Of a DNA stretch of 64,000 nucleotides, positions 1 through 12,400 are shown piece by piece. Position 1 is the stretch's first letter. Each line of letters starts with the position of its first letter. The notes under the pieces are model-generated. The model ran no database searches, had not been told where the DNA came from, and was given only the letters and a program-made list of their open reading frames with translations. The position numbers and the translations under genes were made by a program. Source of the DNA: Dendrobates tinctorius (taxonomy: Eukaryota); assembly GCF_039654945.1 (NCBI RefSeq), contig NW_027361870.1, positions 17,050,001 through 17,114,000 on the forward strand, read 5' to 3'.

Positions 1-1770
1 CCTCTGCTGCCTCTGGAACCAGAGGCCTTACCACATGATCCGAGAGAAAGCCCGGCGGTTGTAGGTTTAAAGGATGTTCTCCTTGACCTCTGGGAGACTC
101 TGGGTGTGACCTGATGGCCGTAATCCTCAATCCGCATTATCTGCTAACTTCACCTCCTGGGAACCAGCCAGACTACAGCACTGTAAATGCTTCGCCCAAG
201 CAGTACCAGCCTTGTATACCCAAGAAGCAGCAAAAGCAAAGCAGAGGGCAAAGCATGCTGCTTCAAAAGCAAACTCTATATGTTTGTCTGTGGGGTGCTG
301 CTACCTCAGAAAGAGGTAAGGTAGTGGTCTTAGATAGGCGAGATATAGGAGTATCTATCAAAGGCAGGTTAGACCAGGATGCCACTAACACGGCTGGAAA
401 TGGGTATAACACGTCCATATGACTGTTTTTGAAAATGCCTGTCTGGGTTTTCCAATGCCTTCAGTAGGACTTCCACAAACTCCTCTCAGTTAGAAAAAAA
501 ATCTAGCCAAGTGGTTGGCTCCCCTAAAGAAACCCGGTTTAGTGGAGGTTGGGGAATCCTCCGACAATACCCTTACAGAAGAGTCAACAGCCGACACCAG
601 ACTCTCAATCATCTCTCTAAACACCACCTGATATGTGTCCAACACAGACTTTGAGATGGACATAGAGTCTGAGCGTTTGGGGGAGTGTACTTCCAGAGAG
701 GGGCAAAAAGATAACCCTGGAAGAAGACCTGGAGGATGGAAGGTTTGACTCACTCACAGCAGTGGCCCGAAGTCCTGGGGTGGCAGCCGCTATTTTCAAA
801 CACTCCACAGCCTTGGACACCCTGGTTAGTTTGGCTACCGATTGGGCTAGACCATGGGCCCGAGCAGGTTGGGCTATACTTTCTTCTGACATTACAGAGG
901 TTCCTTGAGCAGGTATAAGGAGGGAGGGTGGAGAAGTACATGAGGTACGGTAGGCCAAAAACTTATTATAGGCCATGCATGTAGAATAAATGACTAGTGC
1001 GGGCTGTGCAGATGGGTGTGCACAGTCTTCTCTAGAATCTGACAGTATAAGGGCCAGAGAGCAGGGAAAAAACAACAGTGAGCAGCCCTTTAAGAAAAGT
1101 TTCTGGGGAGAACCAATAATCAGCCCCCAGATGTCAACAGCCTACACTGTCAGCGATGCCAGAGGAGCACCCATGTCGCTGGTGTCCATTACGCTCTGGG
1201 GAGTGCCAGAAACAGAATGGTGCAAGTGAGGATGCCATGTTGGCACGATATTTAAAATACTGCTGCGCAATATAGCGTCACTGCCGGAAAAGTAGGGATC
1301 AATCCTAGCACCACAGGTCTTCTCCCCCATGCTATAGGGACCCAGTCCTAGACTTACTGGCTCTCCCAAATTACCCTAAGAAACACTGAGCAGGTTGGGA
1401 GAAACAGTAAAGGAGGAAGTGGGGGGAAAAAGTGGTGAAAGAGGGGAGAGTCGCAACATGCGGACTATGTGGGGCGGGTGGGCAGGAGCTGGCTGGCTTA
1501 TAGACCGCTGCCCCAGTACCTGACCACAGACTGTGTCAAGGTACTCTGGTCTGGCCATACTGACGCAAGAGGATACAGACTGCTAAAATACAGGATGTAC
1601 TCTCCGTCACTGTCGGTGGTATAGAGTGCACAATTACACCCTGTTATACTGAACATGATGGCGAGGTATAGTCTGCAGGGGAGGAGCCAATTTTCATTTA
1701 GAATGTATTACAGTAATAGTGTCAGCCTCCAGGTGGCAGCAGACTATCCTAGAGTTCCCCAATGTAGCAA
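1..1770 (-). mobile_element. Decayed DIRS1-like (tyrosine-recombinase) retrotransposon: 5' terminal repeat and ORF1/gag fragment
   Basis: The minus strand near 300-480 reads ...ENPDRHF../MDVLYPFPAVLVASWSNLPLIDTPISRLSKTTTLPLS, resembling the amphibian DIRS gag motif YPFP..W..PP.VD.PISRL. Near 1680-1765 it reads CATTGGGGGAAC...GCTGCCACCTGGAGGCTGACACTA...TTGGCTCCTCCC, like frog DIRS termini. Frameshifted. Confidence 0.7.
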
Positions 1771-2562
1771 CGGATGTATTTTTTGGAATCCAAAAACTGA
1801 GCTTGGTAAAACTAATATATGGGAAGTAATCCTTACAAGTAAAGATTTGTCGAATGCAGAGAACCCTTCTAACCCTTTTAGTAAATTGTGGACCTGTGGC
1901 TGATTTCCTTAAAATGTTCCCAGGTATGTAATGTTATGAATGCTGTAAAAAGCTAACAATAGCCATAGACTGTCAAGCTATCTATGCCCTAGGTCAAGTG
2001 CAGAAAGAAAAGCAACCCATAAAATAGAAAGGTCTATATTTTCCCATGGGGCTGGGAAAAGCATCTCGGTATCAGGATAATGTCATCTGACATCTGAGGA
2101 TAATAATTATCCCTGTTTAAAATTTAGTGAGCTGAAGAAGGCTTTGAGGGTTTAGAAAAATGCCTTAGCGCTTCTGACAGAGACAAATGGAAGCTGGTAC
2201 TGATAACAATGCCTTTAAGAAAGTATGCATGGTATTTTTCAAGGTAGCAGCTTATAAAGACTCACAGGACTAACATTCAAGGATGATCTTAGCTACACAT
2301 CAACGTCTAGTTTATCAGCCTTAGAAAAACACTCTGTACTATTACAATCAGGGTACTGTGGTGTGTGTGTACGTGTATATAATATATTATACTGGGAAAG
2401 GTTTACATATTAGAGAAATAGAGTCTCTCTAAATCAAAGATGGTCAGAGGTTGACCAATATGTGAACAACTACAGGTGCCTCTCACAAAATTAGAATATC
2501 ATCAAAAAGTTAATTTATTTCAGTTCAATACAAAAAGTGAAACTCGTTTATATTATATAGAG

Positions 2563-3824
2563 CAGACCTGGCCGGCCCACTGGCTGTCTCAGTCCGGACC
2601 GAGACAGCCGTGGGGCTGGAAATCTGAGGTCTGCGGGCCGCACCGTGCCCGCTCGCTGTCTCCCGCAGTCAGCATTGGTGGAGGAGGGGCCTCCGGCCAC
2701 TACCTCCACCAATCAGCGTGTGAAACAGCTGACACGATGACGTCATTTCATCACGTCAGCTGTGTACCGCAGGAGAGTCAGTACTCCGGAGGCAGAGGCA
2801 GAAGCAGGGCGCCTGGGAACTGGACTGAGGTGAGTAAGTGTTGATTGATTTTTTTTTTTCTCGTGTATGAATATGGGGGTGAACATGGAGATTCTATGAG
2901 GATTTTATGGGGGTGAACACGGGGATTCTATGGGGGGTGAACACGGGGATTCTATGGGGGGTGAACACGGGGATTCTATGGGGGGGGTGAACACGGGGAT
3001 TCTATGGGGGGGTGAACACGGGGATTCTATGGGGGGGTGAACACGGGGATTCTATGGGGGGGTGAACACGGGGATTCTATGGGGGGGTGAACACGGGGAT
3101 TCTATGGGGGGGTGAACACGGGGATTCTATGGGGGGTGAACACGGGGATTCTATGGGGGGTGAACACGGGGATTCTATGGGGGGTGAACACGGGGATTCT
3201 ATGGGGGGTGAACACGGGGATTCTATGGGGGGTGAACACGGGGATTCTATGGAGGTGAACACGGGGATTCTATGGGGGTGAACACGGGGATTCTATGGGG
3301 GTGAACACGGGGATTCTATGGGGGTAAACACGGGGATTCTATGGAGGTGAACAAGGGGATTCTATGAGGGTGAACACGGGGATTCTATGAGGGTGAACAC
3401 GGGGATTCTATGGAAGTGAACACAGGGATTCTATGGAAGTGAACACAGGGATTCTATGGAGGTGAACACGGGGATTCTATGGAGGTGAACACGGGGATTC
3501 TATGGGGGTGAACACGGGGATTCTATGGAAGTGAATACGGGGATTCTATGGAAGTGAACACGGGCATTCTATGGAGGTGAACACGGGCATTCTATGGAAG
3601 TGAACACGGGGATTCTATGGAAGTGAACACGGGGATTCTATGGAAGTGAACTCGGGGATTCTATGGAAGTGAACTCGGGGATTCTATGGAAGTGAACTCG
3701 GGGATTCTATGGAAGTGAACTCGGGGATTCTATGGAAGTGAACACGGGGATTCTATGGAAGTGAACACGGGGATTCTATGGAAGTGAACATGGGGATTCT
3801 ATGGAAGTGAACATGGGGAAGTGA
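2563..3824 (+). mobile_element. Non-autonomous hAT/Charlie-like insertion (3' end lost) carrying a 23-bp minisatellite
   Basis: Splits the Tc1 TIR region (TATAGAG|...|TCATTACAAACAG) and starts CAGACCTGGCCGGCCC. Shares internal blocks with 5968-6063. Confidence 0.55.
2872..3824. repeat. Minisatellite, 23-26 bp unit GGGGATTCTATGG(G/A)(G/A)GTGAACAC
   Basis: About 40 tandem copies; G-run length varies. Confidence 0.97.
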
Positions 3825-5966
3825 TCATTACAAACAGTGATTTATTTCAAGTGTTTATTTCTGTTAATATTGATAATTATGGCTTACAGCCAATGAACAT
3901 CCAAAAGTCATTATCTCAGTAAATTAGAATACTTTATGACACCAGCTTGAAAAATTTGAAATGTTGGCCAAATGAAATGTATGTTCAGTAATTGCACTCA
4001 ATACTTGGTTGGGGCTCCTTTGGCATCAATGTGGCGTGGCATGGAGGCGATCAGCCTAAGGCACTGCTGAGGTGTTATGGAAGCCCAGGTTGCTTTGATT
4101 GCAACCTTCAGCTAGAGCTAGTCTGCATTGTCGAGTCTGGTGTCTCTCATCTTCCTCTTCACAATACACCATAGAGTCTCTAAGGGGTTAAGGTCAGGTA
4201 AGTTTGCTGGCCAATCAAGCACAGTGATACTGTTGTTTGTAAACCAGGTATTGGTACTTTTGGCAGTGTGGACAGGTGCCAAGTCCTGCTAGAGAATGAA
4301 ATTTCCATCTCCAATAAGCTTGTCGGCAGAGGGAAACATGAAGTGCTCTAAAATTTCCTGGTAGACGGCTGCGCTGACTTTGGTCTTGATAAAACACAGT
4401 GGACCTACACCAGCAGATGACATGGCTCCCCAAACCATCACTGATCATGGAAACTTCACACTAGACCTCAATCAGCTTGGATTGTGTGGCTCTCCGCTCT
4501 TCCTCCGGACTCTGGGACCTTGATTTCCAATGAAAAGCAAAATTTACTTTCATCTGACAAAAACACCTTGGACCACTGAGCAACAGTCCAGTTCTTTTTC
4601 TCCTTGGCCCAGGTAAGACGCATCTGGCGTTGTCTATTTGTCATGAGTGGCCTGACACAAGGAATGCGACACTTGTAGCCCATGTCCTGGATACATCTGT
4701 GTGGTGGCTCTTGAAGCAATGACTTCAGCAGCAGTCCACTCCTTGTGAATCTCCCCCAAATTTTTGAATGGCCTTTTCTTAACAATCCTTTCAAGGCTGC
4801 GATTATCCCGGTTGCTTGTGAACCTTTTTTCTACCACACTTTTTCCTTCCACTTCAACTTTCAGTAATATTCTTGGATACAGCACTCTGTGAACAGCCAG
4901 CTTCTTTAGCAATGACCTTCTTGTGGCTTACCCTCCTTGTTGAGTGTGTCAGTGACTGCCTTCTGGACATCTGTCAAGTTAGCAGTCTTCCCCATGATTG
5001 TGGAGCCTACTGAAACAGACTGTGATATTTTTAAAAGCTTAGGATGCCTTTGCAGATGTTTTTTGTTAATTATTCTAACTTACTGAGATAACGGCATTTA
5101 GGTTTTCATTGGCTGTAAGCCATAATCAGCAACAATAGCAGAAATAAACACTTGAAAAAGATCACTCTGTTTGTAATGACTCTATATAATATATGAGTTT
5201 TCACTTTTTGTATTGAAGAACTGAAATATATTAACTTTTTGATGATATTCTAATTTTGTGAGAAACACATGTATGTCTAAAAATTGTGGAAAAAAATTCA
5301 AAAAAATGTTCCTCAAAGTAAAATTGCAGACGTGAATATCCGACCATCTACACTACTTAATATCATCAAAAGATTCAGAGATTCTGGAAAAATCAATGTG
5401 CACAAGGGACAAGGCCGACTGTCAGTATTCGATGTTTTAGGCGGCACTGCATTATGAACAGGCATGCATATCACTGTACGGGTTTAGGAAAATTTCCATT
5501 CCATAATTCATTGACTGAACACAGTTCACTGTGCTATCCACAAATTCAAGTTGAAGCTCTATCATGTGAAAAAGAAGCTGTACATCAATGCAACTCTAAA
5601 GCGCTGCAGTCTCCTCCGAGCGAAAGCTCCTTTAAAGGGAAGTTAAGCAAGATAGAAAACTGTTCTGTGGTCCGATTAATCCAAATTTTGAAATGTTTAT
5701 GGAAACCATGGATGCAGTGTCCAGTCATCTCAAAAGGAGCGGGACCATCCAGCTTGTTATCAGCAAACTGTTCGGAAGCCGGCATCTCTGATGGCATGGG
5801 GCGGCACTAGTGCCTAGGGCATGGGCAGCTTACACATCTTGATGAACATTATATAGAGGTTTTAGAACAACATATGTTCCCATCCAGACTGTCTATTTCA
5901 GGGAAGGCCTTATTTCTGTAAGACAAACCTAAACCACATATGGCATCCATCACAACAGCATGGCTT

Positions 5967-8005
5967 GCTGAGGTCCACGAGTTCGCACCGTGCCCGCTCG
6001 CTGTCTCCATCTGCTCGGACTTCTTTGACTGCGCTGACTCCTTTGGTGGAGGAGGGGCCTCCGTCATATGGGGGCCTCATGCAGTATATAGGGGGGCATT
6101 GTGGGGCTCATGCTGCATATAAGGAGGCTGTGTGGGGCTCATGCAGTGTATACAGAGAAGCTGTGTGGGGCTCATGCAGTGTATATTGGGAGACTGTGTG
6201 GAGCTCATGCAGTGTATACAGAGAAGCTGTGTGGGGCTCATGCAGTATATATAGGGAGGCTGTGTGGGGCTCATGCAGTGTATATTGGGAGACTGTGTGG
6301 AGCTCATGCAGTGTATACAGAGAAGCTGTGTGGGGCTCATGCAGTATATATAGGGCGGCTCTGTGGGGCTCATGCAGTGTATACAGAGATGCTGTGTGGG
6401 GCTCATGCAGTATATATAGGGAGGCTCTGTGGGGCTCATGCAGTGTATAAAGAGATGCTGTGTGGAGCTCATGCAGTGTATACAGAGATGCTGTGTGGGG
6501 CTCATGCAGTATATATATAGGGAGGCTCTGTGGGGCTCATGCAGTATATATAGGGAGGCTCTGTGGGGCTCATGCAGTGTATACAGAGATGCTGTGTGGG
6601 GCTCATGCAGTGTATACAGAGATGCTGTGTGGGGCTCATGCTGTATATAGGGAGGCTCTGGGGCTCATGCAGTATATATAGGGAGGCTCTGGGGCTCATG
6701 CAGTATATATAGGGAGGCTCTGGGGCTCATGCAGTGTATATAGGGAGGCTGTGTGGGGCTCATGCAGTGTATATAGGGAGGCTGTGTGGGGCTCATGCAG
6801 TGTATATAGGGAGGCTGTGTGGGGCTCATGCAGTGTATATATGGAGGCTGTGTGGGGCTCATGCAGTGTATATATGGAGGCTGTGTGAGGCTCATGCAGA
6901 ATATATAGGGAGGCTCTGGGGCTCATGCAGTGCATATAGGGAGGCTGTGTGGGGCTCATGCAGTGTATATAGGGAGGCTGTGTGGGGCTCATGCAGTGTA
7001 TATAGGGAGGCTGTGTGGGGCTCATGCAGTGTATATATGGAGGCTGTGTGGGGCTCATGCAGTGTATATATGGAGGCTGTGTGAGGCTCATGCAGTATAT
7101 ATAGGGAGGCTCTGGGGCTCATGCAGTGTATATAGGGAGGCTGTGTGGGGCTCATGCAGTGTATATAGGGAGGCTGTGTGGGGCTCATGCAGTGTATATA
7201 GGGAGGCTGTGTGGGGCTCATGCAGTGTATATATGGAGGCTGTGTGGGGCTCATGCAGTGTATATATGGAGGCTGTGTGAGGCTCATGCAGAATATATAG
7301 GGAGGCTCTGGGGCTCATGCAGTGCATATAGGGAGGCTGTGTGAGGCTCATGCAGTATATATAGGGAGGCTGTGTGAGGCTCATGCTGTATATAGGGAGG
7401 CTGTGTGGGGCTCATGCTGTATATAGGGAGGCTGTGTGGGGCTCATGCAGTGTATATATGGAGGCTGTGTGAGGCTCATGCAGAATATATAGGGAGGCTC
7501 TGGGGCTCATGCAGTGCATATAGGGAGGCTGTGTGGGGCTCATGCAGTATATATAGGGAGGCTGTGTGAGGCTCATGCAGTGTATATAGGGAGGCTGTGT
7601 GAGGCTCATGCAGTGTATATAGGGAGGCTGTGTGGAGCTCATGCAGTATATATAGGGAGGCTGTGTGAGGCTCATTCAGTGTATTTAGGAGGCTGTGTGA
7701 GGCTCATGCCGCATATAGGGAGGCTGTGTGGGGCTTATGCCATATATAGGGAGGCTGTGTGGTGCTAATATGATATACAGAAGGGGCTGTACTTGGGTTC
7801 AAACGATATACAGGGGGATGTCTGCATACTTAATTCTATTCAATATTAAGTGATACAATACTAATATAATTATCAATAATATAATAATTATAATATATAT
7901 CGATATTAAAATTGAGTAGAATTAATTTCGGCCTATTTGTTCGGCCTTCCACAACAGTCACAGTCTCTCCTGTGGCCCCTCTGGAAAATTAATTACCCAC
8001 CCCTG
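5967..8005 (+). mobile_element. Non-autonomous hAT/Charlie-like element carrying a 33-bp minisatellite
   Basis: Ends TGTGGCCCCTCTGGAAAATTAATTACCCACCCCTG, a Charlie-type 3' end. Its 5' part is homologous to 2626-2695. Confidence 0.55.
6070..7762. repeat. Minisatellite, 31-35 bp unit GGCTGTGTGGGGCTCATGCAGTGTATATAGGGA
   Basis: About 50 tandem copies, with a 196-bp higher-order period around 6.7-7.4 kb. Confidence 0.97.
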
Positions 8006-8618
8006 CTCTATGAGATACTGCACAATGATTAGCATAGGCGCACACAGACAGAAAAATGCCCCTGTGCAAGAACAATGCAGTATATGGCCACTTTACAGCC
8101 CAAGAGCTCCTAAAAATGCAAAATTGCACCTCGTTTGGAGGTAGAAATGAGCCCCCTTACCTCTTTGGCCCCTGTGATATGTTCGCTCCTAATTCAGAGG
8201 ATATATGCACTTGCACTTTATTTTTACATCATTTCATGCTGTAATTAATTAGGGAGTCTTTTTAGGCAGTTTATTCTTTATTTTTTGTATTAATAGTATG
8301 TATATTTAATTATTATACTTCACTAATATACATAGAAATGGTATAATATATTGCTATATCATCGCCCAAGCTTTTGAGTCTGCCTTACTTTTACTATTTA
8401 CTTGGTATATACTATTCAATACTGACACCACTGTGCATCAACTTTTATGAGGTGCTGCTGCTTAGAATTACTTTTCCTATTGAATTTATGTATTTCAATC
8501 TATTTCTTGAATAAAATTGTGATTGGGAGTTGTATTGCATCTTTTTGGCCCCTTTGGGATTTTCCCAATTGAGACCATTTGTTGATTTCTAATTTTACAC
8601 AGCATCCCAACTTTTTGG

Positions 8619-8889
8619 NNNNNNNNNNNNNNNNNNNNNNNNNNNNNNNNNNNNNNNNNNNNNNNNNNNNNNNNNNNNNNNNNNNNNNNNNNNNNNNNNN
8701 NNNNNNNNNNNNNNNNNNNNNNNNNNNNNNNNNNNNNNNNNNNNNNNNNNNNNNNNNNNNNNNNNNNNNNNNNNNNNNNNNNNNNNNNNNNNNNNNNNNN
8801 NNNNNNNNNNNNNNNNNNNNNNNNNNNNNNNNNNNNNNNNNNNNNNNNNNNNNNNNNNNNNNNNNNNNNNNNNNNNNNNNNNNNNNNNN
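8619..8889. other. Assembly gap (N run)
   Basis: N characters. Confidence 1.
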
Positions 8890-8890
8890 A

Positions 8891-9042
8891 TATACAGTTC
8901 TAAGCCAAAGGACTGTTCGTAAATGTGTGATCGCGGGAGTCCGACTGCTGAGTCCACTTTTAGAGCATGATCTATGGGGGCTCAGCAGTCGGACTTCCGT
9001 GATCACACATTTACGAACAGTCCTTTGTCTTAAAACTGTATA
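8891..9042. repeat. Inverted repeat with ~65-bp arms (MITE-like hairpin)
   Basis: TATACAGTTCTAAGCCAAAGGACTGTTCGTAAATGTGTGATCGCGGGAGTCCGACTGCTGAG, then its near-perfect reverse complement ending at 9042. Confidence 0.85.
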
Positions 9043-10310
9043 TAACTTAATGGGGTGTAAATTGTATATATTATATATCCTGTATATGAGGAGCGATTGT
9101 ATGAATTAGCAGTAATGAAGATCACACCAATGGGGCCTCCATTATATGCTGTATACACACAGTACATGTCCGTGACTAGAGCAGTATACAGCATACACTT
9201 TCTTATGATTGATATATAAAATACACTCACAGATGCATAAATATAAACAAGAAAAAGTCTGTAGAGCAATAAAAAAACACTACAATAGCTATATTGTTGT
9301 AATAGCTGAGAAACCAAACTCCCTTGTATTATATGGAATCTGTAAAATGTAATTCACCTAAAAGGCTTGGTGAATGCAGAAAGCCATAAAACTACACCAT
9401 TAGATCATTTATAGGTGTTTAAACAGGTTTAACAACGTGCAAGAGTTTTTAAGGAATCTGTCGTTCATTTTTTGTCACAATTGTCATCTTATTAGCAGAC
9501 ATTAACTCTTCAGGTAACACCGATAAGGGCGCACATAAAACGTCACTGTCCTCCGAGTGACTCTCAATTATCAGGTTTATAGATAAGCTAGGCCTTACAT
9601 ACCGGGGCCTTCATGCCTTCTTTGAGAACTACGATCTAGCTGAAATCCACCACAAGAAAGTTACCGAAAGCCACAAAGTTGGCATTTTCAGCTAGGATAA
9701 AAAAGGTTATAAACGATTCTCCGACCACTTACACAAGTTTAAAGGCAAACTGCAGCAATAAAACCTTCTATGTATAACGGGTTTCAAAAGTTCACTGAAC
9801 ACATGCGGAGCAGGCCAGCCACCGACACAAAAGGGCCTACAGAAATAAACCCAAATACAACGGCTGAACATATATACGCCCTAGGCTTCTAATATCCTTA
9901 TTGTTTAGAGGCACTTTCTAAACTATAAATCTTGAGAGGGCTGGTTTGACCCACCCGAGAAAATGATCGACAGCCCACACGCCAAACGCATAGAAAAAGC
10001 ACGTGTCTACGGTAATAGAATTTCAATCTCGATTGATTTGTATAGACCAGACTATCATGTTACAGCCAGTGCAAACCAGTGGCGCTTCCACTCCCCTAGT
10101 GGGCTATGATAATCCTGGCTTCAGACAAAAAATAAAACTTCCATCACTGCCCCGTCCTCTTTCTTTACGCCACCGTTGCATCTTTCGCCTCCTCACTATA
10201 GGCCAGGACGTCAAAGCAAGATATCACTGCGCATCATCAATGTCACAACCTTATAATGTGCAGTGACCTCTGGGGCCTAGATGCCTAACATAGCGCTAAC
10301 ATATTCGCTA

Positions 10311-10551
10311 ACATATTCCACAGCACTTTACAGTTTGCACACATTATCATCACTGTCCCTGATAGGGAATCTAGATTGTGAGCCCCATCAGTACATTTTT
10401 GGAGTGTGGGAGGAAACCGGAGAACCCAGGGGCAACCCACGCAAACACGGGGAGAACATACAAACTCCTTGCAGATGTTGTCCTTGGTGGGATTTGAACC
10501 CAGGACCCCAGTGCTGCAAGGCTGCAGTGCTATCCACTAAGCCACCGTGCC
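10311..10551 (-). mobile_element. tRNA-derived SINE (V-SINE-like)
   Basis: The minus-strand head GGCACGGTGGCTTAGTGG...GGGTTCAAATCCC carries Pol III A and B boxes. Central GTTTGTATGTTCTCCCCGTGTTTGCGTGGG. The 3' tail resembles the L2 tail at 11.1 kb. Confidence 0.85.
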
Positions 10552-11079
10552 GATCTGTAGTGAAGAGGCCAAAGTTGAGACGTGCAACAGCAGAAAGAAG
10601 AGGACTTGACGGTGGGCATTGAGGTAACAGGACACTTAAGCAACGAGGTAAGTATTGGTAGAAAAAAAAAAACCTAAGGTAATACTCACCTCTCAAACCG
10701 CCACGCTGTCTGCCATCTGTTACTCTTCTCTCCGGCATCATGCACTACATCTCTGGGTCTCTTCATTATAGACCAGGACTTCCGGCCACATCAAGGCCTC
10801 GGAGGTTACTTTGCATCATAAGAACATAGAGCACGTCTTCATGTCACTACGCTGCATACCTACAATAGGCAGTAGTCTCAGGGGACGTGGACAGAGTCCT
10901 GGCCTTTAGTGAAGAGGTCAGAGATGCAGAGCTCTTACGGTAGATGCAAAAAAGATGACCTTATAACAGGCAGTTGGCATTGGGGTGGCCAAAGAAGTAT
11001 GGATGAGGTATTAGTTTGTTTCCTTTTTGCAGGTCCTGTTTGAACTTGCATTCAAATTTGAGTTTCAAACAAACGTACA

Positions 11080-11080
<1 letters not shown>

Positions 11081-11126
<46 letters not shown>

Positions 11127-11589
11127 TTTATTTATATAGCGCCGACATATTCCGCAGCACTTTACATTTCAGAGGGGATTTGTACAGACAATAGACATTA
11201 CAGCATAACAATAATCACATACAGTAGATTATAACAGATACCAAGAGGAATGAGGGCCCTGCTCGCAAGCTTACAGTCTATGAGGAAAGAGGTAGACATG
11301 AAAGGTGGGTGGTAACAGTTGCCCTGATTGTATGGACCAGCCATAATGTTAAGTGTGTAACAGTACAGACAAAGAGGGCTAATGGAGGCATAAAGCATGT
11401 GGGAACATGATGCTGGGAACCTGGTTATGGTAAAACTTTTGGCTCTGCCACACAGGGATAGGTTAGGTTAATGTGTTGAGGCGATAGGCCAGTCTGAATA
11501 AATGTGTTTTCAGGGCACGCTTAAAATTGTGGGGATTGGGGACTAATCGTATTGACCTGGGAAGTGCATTCCAAAGAATTGGCGCGGCA
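11081..11589 (-). mobile_element. 5'-truncated L2-clade LINE 3' end with (ATT)n tail
   Basis: The minus strand encodes AAPILWNALPRSIRLVPNPHNFKRALKTHLFRLAY, an L2 ORF2 C-terminus. It ends in (AAT)~14 at 11081-11123. Confidence 0.85.
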
Positions 11590-12214
11590 GAACCTATCTA
11601 GTTTGTAACCCGGAGACTGCCTGTAATGTATGCTTTTGTTTTCTCCATGTGGACAACATAAAAGTACACATGGACTTTAGAGCAAGTCGGTAGCGAGGCT
11701 GTGGTATCTGTCAGGAAAGTTGTCGACTCTGGCTGCGAAGCCATTATTTTCACAGATTTCTAGAACAGAATACATTTTTATTAATGAATTTGTAAACTTG
11801 TCAACTTATCTAAATTCCTATGAAAGTTAATAAATTAACCAATATTATTAATGGATATTTTTATTTAAATGTAAAGTCAGTACATTCCAACCATTTCCAT
11901 CTTCACGCAAAACTAGCTTCGACTCTACAGCCCTGGCTGGCAAACCCCATCAATTTCTGTAGGACTAGCTGACTAAATTAGGTGTATTCTTGCCTCCTTA
12001 CAGTTAATGCCAGGGTAATGGAAGATCAAGCATTTTGAATTCTAACGCCGCTTCCTATTATTTGCGGGGGAGATAGGCTACTGCCAGAGGTGTCTGACAG
12101 TGGCTTACTCCCATCTCCCATTGAAAACATGTGCATGCTCGGCCAAATTAGAGTATAGGGGTTGAGAAGAAAAGCTGTCAGCCAACAACATTTAAAGGCG
12201 CATGGGCCCCTATA

Positions 12215-12400
12215 GGCCACATGCACACGTTGAATATTTGGTCACTATTTTACGTCAGTATTTGTAAGCCAAAACCAGGAGTGGGTAAAAAAAATACAGA
12301 AGAGGTGACGTGTTTCCGTTATACTTTTCTACTCATGGATTTGGCTTACAAATACTGAGGTAAAAAAAAATCACCAAATACTCAACATGTGTATGTGACC
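12215..12400. mobile_element. PIF/Harbinger-type MITE
   Basis: Imperfect TIRs GGCCACATGCACACGTTGAATATTTGGT / ACCAAATACTCAACATGTGTATGTGACC. A related copy is split at 27030-27144 and 31114-31200. Confidence 0.6.

Larger units (their letters stand above)
2473..5271 (-). mobile_element. Tc1-like DNA transposon with both TIRs and a degenerate transposase
   Basis: Ends TA|CAGGTGCCTCTCACAAAATTAGAATATCATCAAAAAG ... CTTTTTGATGATATTCTAATTTTGTGAGAAACACATG|TA. Transposase fragments include RLTWAKEKKNWTVAQWSKVFLSDESKF. Same family as 58845-59538. Confidence 0.9.
2420..8618 (+). mobile_element. Old decayed Tc1/mariner element broken by nested insertions (pieces at about 2420-2472, 5272-5965 and 8580-8618)
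   Basis: The transposase start ATGGTCAGAGGTTGACCAATATGTGAACAAC continues after 5272 (TGTCTAAAAATTGTGGAA...). Degenerate DDE-region sequence runs to about 5965. A TIR-like TTTTACACAGCATCCCAACTTTTTGG abuts the gap. Confidence 0.6.

Noticed and set aside
8500-9109. ORFs spanning N runs (also 18965-19228)
   Set aside because: Artifacts of assembly gaps.
9603-9836. Apparent minus-strand exons and an FGNFLVVDF peptide resembling the next SLX4IP exon (CGNFAVLVDL)
   Set aside because: The implied intron is only about 41 nt, the phase-0 frame from the acceptor hits a stop, and the downstream SLX4IP residues are absent.
10119-10242. Possible C/D box sno/scaRNA on the minus strand (TGATGA...CTGA, 11 nt complementary to U5)
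   Set aside because: The complementary stretch is not next to a D or D' box and there is no terminal stem; compatible with chance.
10480-10551. tRNA gene
   Set aside because: The A and B boxes belong to a SINE head that continues into the SINE body; no full cloverleaf.
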